Assembly: GCA_963668175.1 (NCBI GenBank)
Contig: OY764159.1
Coordinates: 4,320,001 to 4,384,000 of the forward strand
Origin: Syntrophales bacterium
GTDB taxonomy: Bacteria; Desulfobacterota; Syntrophia; Syntrophales; PHBD01
DNA: 64,000 nt
Direction: 5' to 3'
The position numbers were made by a program, and so were the translations under genes. A model generated the notes under the pieces. It saw nothing but the letters and a program-made list of their open reading frames with translations. It did not search any database and was not told the origin of the DNA. Within the stretch, counting starts at the first letter, position 1. Each line of letters opens with the position of its first letter. Shown piece by piece: positions 56,149 to 64,000 of the stretch.

Positions 56149-57209
56149 CCCTGTTGGAAAAAACCATTGCCGGAATCACGCCGGCCGATCCGAAGACTCG
56201 CACCAAAGCCCGGGCAAGGCTGGAACAGCTGACGATGCCCTATTGGGCTCTGGGACGCCTGATGGATCTCGCCGAGGAGTTGGCGGCCATGACGGGCTCC
56301 ATGAACCCTCCCGTTGCCCGCAAGACGGTCGTTACCATGGCGGGAGACCACGGCGTGACCGCTCAGGGAGTCAGTAAATATCCGGCCGAAGTCACGCTCC
56401 AGATGGTCCGTAATTTCGTGAACGGCGGCGCCGGAATCAACGCCCTTGCCCGTCTGGCAGGGGCCAGAGTCGTCGTCGTCGACATGGGCGTTGCCGGAGA
56501 CCTGAGTGATCTTGTTCATGCGGGAAAGATCATGTCCCGACGAATCGGTGCGGGAACGAAAGACATGGCTTCCGGACCGGCCATGACCCGCGATGAAGCC
56601 ATCCGCTGCCTGGAAGCGGGAATCGAAATAGCGACCGCACTCAGCCCCGATACGGATATTTTCGGCACGGGTGAAATGGGCATAGGCAATACGTCGCCGA
56701 GCAGCGCCATCGTTTCCATCTTCGGCCGGACACCGGTAGCCGACGTCACCGGAAAGGGGACCGGCGTCGACGACAAGGCGCTCGCGCACAAGGTCGCCGT
56801 TATTGAAAGAGCCATCCGGCTAAACCGGCCTGATGACGGTGACCCCATCGACGTCCTGGCCAAGGTGGGCGGTTTTGAAATCGGGGGCCTGGCCGGCTTG
56901 ATCCTCGGCGCCGCCGCGATGAAGAAACCTGTTCTCGTGGACGGCTTCATATCCACGGCCGGGGCGCTCATCGCGTCCCGCTTGGCTCCCCTGTGTTGCG
57001 ATTACATCATCGCCTCCCACCGGAGCATGGAAAAGGGACACCGCATCGCCCTCAATACCCTCGGCAAAGCCCCCCTTCTCGATCTGGATCTCAGGCTGGG
57101 GGAAGGAACCGGCGCCGCCCTGGCCATGCATCTCGTCGAAGCGGCCGTCAAAATCCTCACGGAAGTCGCAACATTCGAAGAGGCATCCGTCTCGAAAGCG
57201 AATTCATGA
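56145..57209 (+). CDS. cobT: Nicotinate-nucleotide--dimethylbenzimidazole phosphoribosyltransferase
   Basis: AGDHGV, GEMGIGNT, GGFEIG, DGFI and LRLGEGTGA motifs. Confidence 0.96.
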   Translation: MTLLEKTIAGITPADPKTRTKARARLEQLTMPYWALGRLMDLAEELAAMTGSMNPPVARKTVVTMAGDHGVTAQGVSKYPAEVTLQMVRNFVNGGAGINALARLAGARVVVVDMGVAGDLSDLVHAGKIMSRRIGAGTKDMASGPAMTRDEAIRCLEAGIEIATALSPDTDIFGTGEMGIGNTSPSSAIVSIFGRTPVADVTGKGTGVDDKALAHKVAVIERAIRLNRPDDGDPIDVLAKVGGFEIGGLAGLILGAAAMKKPVLVDGFISTAGALIASRLAPLCCDYIIASHRSMEKGHRIALNTLGKAPLLDLDLRLGEGTGAALAMHLVEAAVKILTEVATFEEASVSKANS

Positions 57210-57964
57210 AACCATTCTTCGCCGCCCTTCAATTCTTGACCGTCGTTCCCCTGCCTCAAGGCTGGTCCGGCGACCAACGCGCCCTGTCGAAGAGTGTCAC
57301 GTTCTTCCCCATTATCGGCCTTCTGATCGGCATTTCGGCCGCAGCGATCGACATCGTCTTGAACGCCCTCCTGCCCCAGCTTCCGGCGAGCGTTATCGTG
57401 GTGATCTATCTTATGGCCGTCTCGGGCGGATTCCACATGGACGGGCTGGCGGACACAGCAGACGGATTCTTCAGCTCCCGTCCCCGCGATAAAATCCTCG
57501 ACATCATGCGCGACAGCCGCACCGGCGCCATGGGCGTCATGGCCATCGTATCCGTCTTTGTCCTGAAGGTATCGCTGCTCGCCGGGATCCCTTCCCCCTT
57601 GCGCGTGTCGACCCTTATCCTGATGCCGGTCGCCGGCCGGTGCGCCCTGACCGTCGTCATGACAATTCTCCCCTATGCCAGGCAGGAAGGAGGGCTCGCC
57701 AGCCTCTTTCAGTCATCCCGTTCATGGCACCAGATACCCTGGGTGCTGGTTGTTCTCATCGCCTCAAGCTGGATTGCCGTTCAATGGACCGGCATCGTCG
57801 CCGCGGCCTTTTCCGTGTTCGTCATGCTGGCCTTTTCCGCCTACAGTCGGCAAAAGATCGGCGGGTTCACGGGCGACACGCTGGGGGCTGCCTGTGAACT
57901 GACGGAACTGGCGCCGGCCATTGTCGTTTTGATATCCTTAAAAATCGGACTTGCGACATGGTGA
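57206..57964 (+). CDS. cobS: Adenosylcobinamide-GDP ribazoletransferase (cobalamin synthase)
   Basis: QFLT, HMDGLADTADG, IMRDSRTG and GGFTGDTLGA motifs. Confidence 0.95.
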   Translation: MKPFFAALQFLTVVPLPQGWSGDQRALSKSVTFFPIIGLLIGISAAAIDIVLNALLPQLPASVIVVIYLMAVSGGFHMDGLADTADGFFSSRPRDKILDIMRDSRTGAMGVMAIVSVFVLKVSLLAGIPSPLRVSTLILMPVAGRCALTVVMTILPYARQEGGLASLFQSSRSWHQIPWVLVVLIASSWIAVQWTGIVAAAFSVFVMLAFSAYSRQKIGGFTGDTLGAACELTELAPAIVVLISLKIGLATW

Positions 57965-58917
57965 ACTGGCCGTGGGGTTCAGAATACCAGATCGCCGCCG
58001 CCCTGCTCCTTGATTTCCTGCTGGGCGATCCGCGGTGGCTTCCCCATCCCGTAAGGCTGATCGGCCGTTTCGCCGCCTGGCTGGAAACCCCTTTTCGCCG
58101 GATGTTCCGTCATGCCGGCGCCGCCGGTATCGCGGCCGCTCTCACCGTTCTTTCCGCCACGGGAATACTGACCTGCCTTGTGATGCGAGGCGCGGCCAGC
58201 ATCCATCCCTTGCTGGGCGACATCGTATCCATCCTGATTCTCTATACCTGCTTTGCCGCAAGGGACCTTGTCGGACACGCCCTCTCCGTCCACGCAGCCC
58301 TGAAGCGGGGCCGTATCGAGGAGGCGCGGCAAAAAGTCTCGTACATCGTCGGCCGCGACACCGATAAGCTTGACGGAACCGCCGTTATCAGGGCGACGGT
58401 CGAGAGTGTCGCCGAAAGCACCGTTGACGGCGTCACGGCCCCTTTGTTCTATGCCCTTCTGGGCGGCCCCCTGGCGGCTATCCTCTATAAGGCCGTAAGC
58501 ACGCTGGACTCCACTTTCGGCTATAAGAACGAACGGTATCGTGATTTCGGCCGGGCATCGGCCCGCCTGGACGATCTGGTTAACTATCTTCCCGCACGTC
58601 TCACGGCCGTTATCATCCCGACGGCGGCCCTGATATTGGGACAAAGGCCTATCCAGGCCGTCAGGATAGCCTTGCGAGACGGAAGGAGGCACGCCAGCCC
58701 GAATTCGGGATGGTCCGAAGCGGCTTTTGCCGGAGCATTGGGTATCCAGTTGGGCGGACCGGTCACAAGGGCGGGCAAACCGTCCATAATGCCGCTCATG
58801 GGCGACCCCGTTCGCCCTTTGGTCAACTCGGACATTATACGGGCTTCCTTCCTGATGCTGGCCACGTGCCTTCTTTTTACCGTCGCTTTGATCGGCCTGA
58901 AATGGCTTGTTTCATGA
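57958..58917 (+). CDS. cbiB: Adenosylcobinamide-phosphate synthase
   Basis: GDPRWLPHPV, IVGRDT, ESVAES, TLDS..GY and SPNSGW motifs. Confidence 0.95.
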   Translation: MVNWPWGSEYQIAAALLLDFLLGDPRWLPHPVRLIGRFAAWLETPFRRMFRHAGAAGIAAALTVLSATGILTCLVMRGAASIHPLLGDIVSILILYTCFAARDLVGHALSVHAALKRGRIEEARQKVSYIVGRDTDKLDGTAVIRATVESVAESTVDGVTAPLFYALLGGPLAAILYKAVSTLDSTFGYKNERYRDFGRASARLDDLVNYLPARLTAVIIPTAALILGQRPIQAVRIALRDGRRHASPNSGWSEAAFAGALGIQLGGPVTRAGKPSIMPLMGDPVRPLVNSDIIRASFLMLATCLLFTVALIGLKWLVS

Positions 58918-59033
58918 CGACAGACGGTACGCCGACAACACGCCTCCTAGCCGACGGTCATTGGCATTGAATTTTTACAGGCAATGCGCTATGCATCGAA
59001 GCGGTTGATTCCAGCGTACGAAGGAGCCGAATC

Positions 59034-60641
59034 ATGAAGATTAAATTTCTAGGGGCAGCAAGAACCGTTACGGGTTCATGTTATCTTTTGGAAACCAAAG
59101 GACGCCGCTTTGCCATCGACTGCGGCATGCATCAAGGCAACGCCGAAATTGAGAAGCGCAATTGGGATACGGATATTTACGAGGCGGCGGAGATCGAATT
59201 TTTCCTGATAACGCATGCCCATATCGACCATTCCGGGCTATTGCCGAGAATCGTCCAGAAAGGATTCCGCGGTCCCATCTACACCACGCCGCCCACTATG
59301 GATCTCCTGAAAATCATGCTCCTGGACAGCGCCCATATCCAGGAGATGGAGGCCCAGTGGAAGAGCAAAAAGCAGCTTCGTCACGGCGGCAAGCAGATCA
59401 AGCCCCTCTATACCCAGAAAGACGCCGAAGCATCGGCGTCCCTCTTCAAGCCCATTGCCTACAATGCGCCCTTCGAACCGATCCCGGGGGTAACCATCAC
59501 ATTGCGGGATGCCGGCCATATTCTCGGCGCCGCCCTCATCGAAATCCGTTTCGAGGAAGACGGTGCTCCCAATAAACTTGTCTTTTCGGGGGACATCGGG
59601 CGTCCATCTCAGTTGATGATGGAAGACCCGTCGGTCGTCGAAGAAGCCGATTTTCTCTTCCTGGAATCGACGTACGGCAACCGCAACCATAAGAACGAAG
59701 CGGACAGCCTTGACGAACTCGCCCACGCGATCGACTACAGTTATACCCGGGGAGAGAAGGTCATCATCCCGGCCTTCGCCGTGGAAAGGACCCAGGAGAT
59801 GATCTATTCGCTCCATCTCCTTAACACGTCCGGTCGCCTGCCGAAGGATATGCCGGTCTACGTCGACAGTCCGCTGGCGATCCAGGCCACAGAGATATTC
59901 AATCGCTACCAGGCCTATTTTGACGAAGACGCCAAGACCCTTCTGAGGAAGGGCGACGATCCCCTGAAGCTGCCCCACCTGCACTACACGCTGACCACCC
60001 AGGAGTCGATGGCCATCAACACGACGGCCGGTCCCGCCGTCGTCATCTCGGCCAGCGGCATGGCCGACGCGGGGCGGATCAAGCACCATCTACGGCATAA
60101 TATATGGCGTGAAGGGGCAAGCATCGTCTTCGTCGGGTTCCAGGCCCAAGGCACCATGGGACGGAAGATCATCGACGGTGCGCAGAAAGTCAGGCTCTTT
60201 AACGAAGATGTCGCCGTTAAAGCCAGGATTTTTACGATCAACGGCTTTTCCGCCCATGCCGGTCAAAGCCAGATTCTCGACTGGCTCGGCCATTTCCGCA
60301 GGAACGGGATGAAGATTTTCCTGGTCCACGGAGAATATACGGCACAGCAAACCCTGGCTGAACTGATCAAGGAGCGCTTCGGTTTTGAGGTTGTCATCCC
60401 AGAGTATCTCGAAGAGACGGTCCTGAAAGCGGGCGAAGTGCTGCAGCCGGTGAAATATCCCGAGCAGGCCGCCCCCCGGATCGACTGGAATTTTCTCCTG
60501 GACGACCTGCAGGCCAAACTGTCCCGGCTGCGCGAGCGTCAGGCCAAGATCGAGGGCAAGCCCTGGGTGGAGCAGACCGATCTTCGCGACCGCGTTCTGG
60601 AGATCAGCCGCGGCATCACCGAACTTGTTACGGAGACTTGA
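59034..60641 (+). CDS. MBL/beta-CASP ribonuclease family protein
   Basis: GAARTVTGS, THAHIDH, AGHILG, FSGD, ESTYG, FSAHA and LVHGE motifs. Confidence 0.92.
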   Translation: MKIKFLGAARTVTGSCYLLETKGRRFAIDCGMHQGNAEIEKRNWDTDIYEAAEIEFFLITHAHIDHSGLLPRIVQKGFRGPIYTTPPTMDLLKIMLLDSAHIQEMEAQWKSKKQLRHGGKQIKPLYTQKDAEASASLFKPIAYNAPFEPIPGVTITLRDAGHILGAALIEIRFEEDGAPNKLVFSGDIGRPSQLMMEDPSVVEEADFLFLESTYGNRNHKNEADSLDELAHAIDYSYTRGEKVIIPAFAVERTQEMIYSLHLLNTSGRLPKDMPVYVDSPLAIQATEIFNRYQAYFDEDAKTLLRKGDDPLKLPHLHYTLTTQESMAINTTAGPAVVISASGMADAGRIKHHLRHNIWREGASIVFVGFQAQGTMGRKIIDGAQKVRLFNEDVAVKARIFTINGFSAHAGQSQILDWLGHFRRNGMKIFLVHGEYTAQQTLAELIKERFGFEVVIPEYLEETVLKAGEVLQPVKYPEQAAPRIDWNFLLDDLQAKLSRLRERQAKIEGKPWVEQTDLRDRVLEISRGITELVTET

Positions 60642-60701
60642 TCTCCATCGCCGTACCGGAGGAGGACGCAATATCAACCGCGTCGGACATACTTCTTTCG
60701 A

Positions 60702-60730
60702 TTGCTATTTTCCATACTTCATAATATGAT
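60702..60730 (+). promoter_or_regulatory. Sigma70 promoter of the parA-like gene
   Basis: TTGCTA-17 bp-TATGAT. Confidence 0.5.
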
Positions 60731-60781
60731 GAAGCCACTGGTATTACGGCCCTAATCGGTATCTTTCCCAGAGGTGATCTC

Positions 60782-61531
60782 ATGGCAAGGAACATCGCAT
60801 TTACGAACCAGAAGGGCGGCGTCGGCAAGACAACGGCCGCAGTGGGATTGGCATCCGGTTTAACGCTGAAGGGCAAGAAGGTTCTCCTTGTGGACCTCGA
60901 CGCCCAGGGAAATGCCTCTGCGGCCGCCGGTCTCATCATTGAGAACGAAGGCAAAACGATCAAGGATCTTTTTCTGGAAGGGAAAAGTGCCGCCGATTAC
61001 ATCACCAAGACCGGCATCGCGGACATCATCCCCTCCAACAATTCCCTGAAGGACATAGAAATTGAGATCATGAACGGGATGAAGTTCGACCTTCTCAAGA
61101 AGGCCATGAAACCCATCCGGGATACCTACGATTATGTCCTCCTCGACTGTCCGCCCAGCATCAATGTCTTCACCAAGAATGCACTCGCCTTGGCCGACGA
61201 GGTTATCATCCCCGTCGACATGGGATTCTTCTCCCTTCTCGGCTTAAAGCAGCTCCTGGAAGAGATCGTACGCATCAAGAGGGACATGAACCGGTCTCTT
61301 AAGCTGCGCGGCGTCCTGGTCTGCAAATTCGACCGGAGGACGGCCCTTTCCGACCAGGTCCTGGAAACGATGAAGACGAGTTTCCCGAACCAGTTGTTCA
61401 GGACCATGATCCGCGTCAACATCGATTTGGTCAAATCGCAAATCGCCCAGCAAAGCATCTTCGAATATAACCCCAGAAGCACAGGGGCAGAGGATTTTCT
61501 TGCACTAACGGAGGAAATAATCCATGGCTAG
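60782..61531 (+). CDS. ParA/Soj family ATPase (orphan)
   Basis: Deviant Walker A NQKGGVGKTT, VDLDAQGN, LDCPPS and IIPV motifs. Confidence 0.92.
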   Translation: MARNIAFTNQKGGVGKTTAAVGLASGLTLKGKKVLLVDLDAQGNASAAAGLIIENEGKTIKDLFLEGKSAADYITKTGIADIIPSNNSLKDIEIEIMNGMKFDLLKKAMKPIRDTYDYVLLDCPPSINVFTKNALALADEVIIPVDMGFFSLLGLKQLLEEIVRIKRDMNRSLKLRGVLVCKFDRRTALSDQVLETMKTSFPNQLFRTMIRVNIDLVKSQIAQQSIFEYNPRSTGAEDFLALTEEIIHG

Positions 61532-61964
61532 CAAGCGAAGCAAAGAGGATATTGCCGAAAGGTTAAGCGCCCTTAAGCCCAGCGTACCCACCAGCACCCG
61601 GGCCGTCAAGGCCAAAAAGCAGCCGGCCCCGAAGACCGTCAAGACGGCGAAGGCTGCGCCGCCTGTTGCAGCGGCGAAAAAGACTGCGGCACCGGCCAAG
61701 AAGCCTGTAGCGCCGGCCGAAAAACCTGCGGCCCCGAAAGCCGAACCAATCCGGCAGGATGCCCCGGAAAAAGCGGCGGCACCGGCGACCGCCAAGGCCG
61801 CGTTCCCCGGTGTCGAGGCCATGGGGACGCATATCGAAAAGTCTTTGCGTTTACCCTGGATGATGTTCGATGTCTGGCGGGGGGTTGCTCAGGCTTATTA
61901 CGGCATGGCGGAATCGCAGATGAAGTTCCTCGTCAATATGACGTCCTGGAGGATGAAGCTCTAG
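61524..61964 (+). CDS. Hypothetical ParA partner with Ala/Lys/Pro-rich disordered core and amphipathic C-terminal helix
   Basis: SD GGAGG, 8-nt overlap with parA, AKK/PA repeats. Confidence 0.75.
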   Translation: MASKRSKEDIAERLSALKPSVPTSTRAVKAKKQPAPKTVKTAKAAPPVAAAKKTAAPAKKPVAPAEKPAAPKAEPIRQDAPEKAAAPATAKAAFPGVEAMGTHIEKSLRLPWMMFDVWRGVAQAYYGMAESQMKFLVNMTSWRMKL

Positions 61965-61983
61965 AGCCTGCCGAGCGGTTCCG

Positions 61984-62436
61984 TCACACGTAATCGCCGC
62001 GGTTGAACTTAATCACTTCCACCGTCGAAGCGACCAGGAGCCGGTTCAGGACGTCCTTGAGGTTATCGCCCTCGGGGAGCGTGTCGAGAACGGGGATCAG
62101 GTTCTGCGTCTCTTCCTCCATCTTGCTGACGAGCGGTGAGACCTGTTTTAAGGTGACGGTCGAATCCTCCATCTGATTCTGATAGGATTCAAGGATATTC
62201 ATGAAGCGGTTGATCCGCTCGACTGTCGCGGCCCTGTCGCCCTGATCCGCCTTTTCCAAAGCTATCCTCGATATGCCGTCCAAGGGGGGCACAACGGAAG
62301 CCCTGTTGCCGGCAGCCGAAGATGCGTCCATAGCTTCCTTGAGAATGTTCCCGAAATTTTCATTCCTGGCGCCGGTCGCCTTTTTGGACGACAAGTCGCC
62401 GGCTACATCATGAATTTCCTTTGGTGTTATTTTCAT
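61984..62436 (-). CDS. Hypothetical alpha-helical protein, possibly in the flagellar (sigma28) regulon
   Basis: SD AAGGAG, C-terminal EVIKFNRGDYV, upstream sigma28-like promoter. Confidence 0.75.
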   Translation of the reverse strand: MKITPKEIHDVAGDLSSKKATGARNENFGNILKEAMDASSAAGNRASVVPPLDGISRIALEKADQGDRAATVERINRFMNILESYQNQMEDSTVTLKQVSPLVSKMEEETQNLIPVLDTLPEGDNLKDVLNRLLVASTVEVIKFNRGDYV

Positions 62437-62502
62437 TGGGAATATCTCCTTCTTAGGAATCCGCTCCTCGTGCCGCCGATATTGTTCTTCCCCTTAAAAG
62501 AC

Positions 62503-62529
62503 TTATCGGCATAAATATCATTTTATTAA
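62503..62529 (-). promoter_or_regulatory. Sigma28 (FliA)-like promoter
   Basis: Minus strand TTAA-N15-GCCGATAA versus consensus TAAA-N15-GCCGATAA. Confidence 0.6.
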
Positions 62530-62846
62530 ATACTTTATCATTTTTATTTTTCAGGTACAATCCCGACTATATTATAGGTGGGTCCTGTATGCCGGCGTGA
62601 GGCGGCCTCCGCGTCCCGCCCCGGGAGCGGACATGAAAAGGCGAATTTTTATAGACATTTTCGCCTTTTATCTTGACAGCCTCCAAGCTTTCTGGTTATG
62701 TGCACCGCTGCAGCGGACGGACAATTCACCGCAGAAGGTCTTTTCAGCCGGATCGACCGGGTTGACAACCGCGGCGGATGAGAGTTCGGAAATCACCCAG
62801 AATGGAAGCACGATCCCTGCGGACCGGGGAAAGGAAATACCGATCT

Positions 62847-63716
62847 ATGGAGCATGAACACAAACAGGAAGACATCGCGGGCGGCCAGGCCATCATCGAA
62901 GGCGTCATGATGCGCCACGGCAACAAGATCGCTTCGGCCGTCAGGCGTCCCGACAAGGAGATTGTCGTCAAGGAGCAGGATTACATCCCCCTTTCCAAAC
63001 GTATAAAATTACTAGGCTATCCGATAATCCGGGGATTTGTAACCTTGATTGAAATGATGATCATCGGCGTCAAGAGCCTCATGTTCTCTGCGGAAATGGC
63101 CCTGGAGGCAACCGAGGAGAAGCCCAAGGGTTGGGAGATGTCCGTTTCCATGGTCATCAGTTTTTCGCTGGCCATCCTGCTTTTTATCGTCATTCCCGCC
63201 TATTGCTTCACACAGCTTAAAAGCTTCATCGACAACACTATATTACTGAATATCGTCGAGGGCCTGATACGCATGGGAATCTTCCTGGGATTTCTCTGCA
63301 CGACCCTGTTGATGGAAGACATGAAACGGGTCTTCATGTACCACGGAGCGGAACACATGACGGTCTTTGCCTGGGAAGCGGGTCAGGAGCTGACGATCGA
63401 CAATATCAGGAAGCACTCCACCCGCCATCCCCGATGCGGCACGAGCTTCATTCTGGTCGTCATGATCACGTCGATCATTGTCTTTTCGCTCCTCGGACGT
63501 CCGGATTTCCTCGAACGAGTACTCTACAAAATTGTTCTCCTTCCTTTCATCGCCGGCATCTCTTACGAAGTCATCCGCTATACGGGAAAACACCGGAACT
63601 GGCATTGGGTACAATTCCTGAGCTGGCCGGGACTCATGCTGCAAAAGATCACGACAAGGGAACCGACCGACGACCAGATCGAAGTCGCCGTCGAAGCCAT
63701 GAAGCGCGTCATCTAG
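62847..63716 (+). CDS. DUF1385 family membrane protein
   Basis: GGQAIIEGVMMR, YHGAEH, HPRCGTSF and LQKITTREP motifs. Confidence 0.92.
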   Translation: MEHEHKQEDIAGGQAIIEGVMMRHGNKIASAVRRPDKEIVVKEQDYIPLSKRIKLLGYPIIRGFVTLIEMMIIGVKSLMFSAEMALEATEEKPKGWEMSVSMVISFSLAILLFIVIPAYCFTQLKSFIDNTILLNIVEGLIRMGIFLGFLCTTLLMEDMKRVFMYHGAEHMTVFAWEAGQELTIDNIRKHSTRHPRCGTSFILVVMITSIIVFSLLGRPDFLERVLYKIVLLPFIAGISYEVIRYTGKHRNWHWVQFLSWPGLMLQKITTREPTDDQIEVAVEAMKRVI

Positions 63717-63720
63717 CGAT

Positions 63721-63999
63721 TTAGTGGGGTCTCATCGTTTTGACCAGGTTGGTCGTGATCAACCCGAAAAACCCCTCTTCTATGGATTGATAAAACCAGC
63801 CCATGTGAAGCATGCAGTTGGAACAGAGGCAAACGGACCAGGCGAACCCCGGAAACCAGGTGAACTCGAAGACGGGGGCGCCGTAAACCGCACATCCGCC
63901 GGCAGTGGAGAAACAGCCGATCTGGAAGGTAACGCCGGCCGGATTGGTAAACGTATGTTCATGCCGTCCGCTGACCGTCACGGCATATTCGGCCAGAGT
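63721..63999 (-). CDS. Bacterial cereblon-like (CULT/Yippee fold) protein, 5' end outside the window
   Basis: HTFTNPAG..F.IGCF, EFTWFPGFAW, CSNC and HMGW motifs. The frame is open to the window edge. Confidence 0.88.
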   Translation of the reverse strand, partial: TLAEYAVTVSGRHEHTFTNPAGVTFQIGCFSTAGGCAVYGAPVFEFTWFPGFAWSVCLCSNCMLHMGWFYQSIEEGFFGLITTNLVKTMRPH

Positions 64000-64000
64000 T

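Overview
A 64-kb chromosomal segment from a Desulfobacterota (deltaproteobacterial) anaerobe, probably Syntrophales-like. This taxonomy is inferred from gene content and the general look of the 16S gene, not from a search. Core genes include purC, dnaJ, ntrY/ntrX-like, lpxC, queH and yebC-ruvCAB. RNA genes are a complete minus-strand rRNA operon (16S, tRNA-Ile, tRNA-Ala, 23S, 5S) and tRNA-Thr(CGT). A cobalamin riboswitch precedes a cobC-cobU-cobT-cobS-cbiB operon. Between the rRNA operon and tRNA-Thr lies an accessory-looking stretch with a catabolic cluster (XRE-cupin regulator, two different 3-hydroxy-acid-type dehydrogenases, Liv-type ABC transporter, beta-keto acid cleavage enzyme) and a glycosyltransferase broken by an in-frame TGA. 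The best candidates for undescribed systems are: (1) an apparent operon of a CHASE2 adenylate cyclase, an alanine racemase fused to an unassigned ~270-aa C-terminal domain, and a transglutaminase-like protein; (2) an orphan ParA with a coupled disordered Ala/Lys/Pro-rich partner, suggesting a cargo-positioning module; (3) the BKACE catabolic pathway. No CRISPR array, integrase, transposase or prophage gene was seen.
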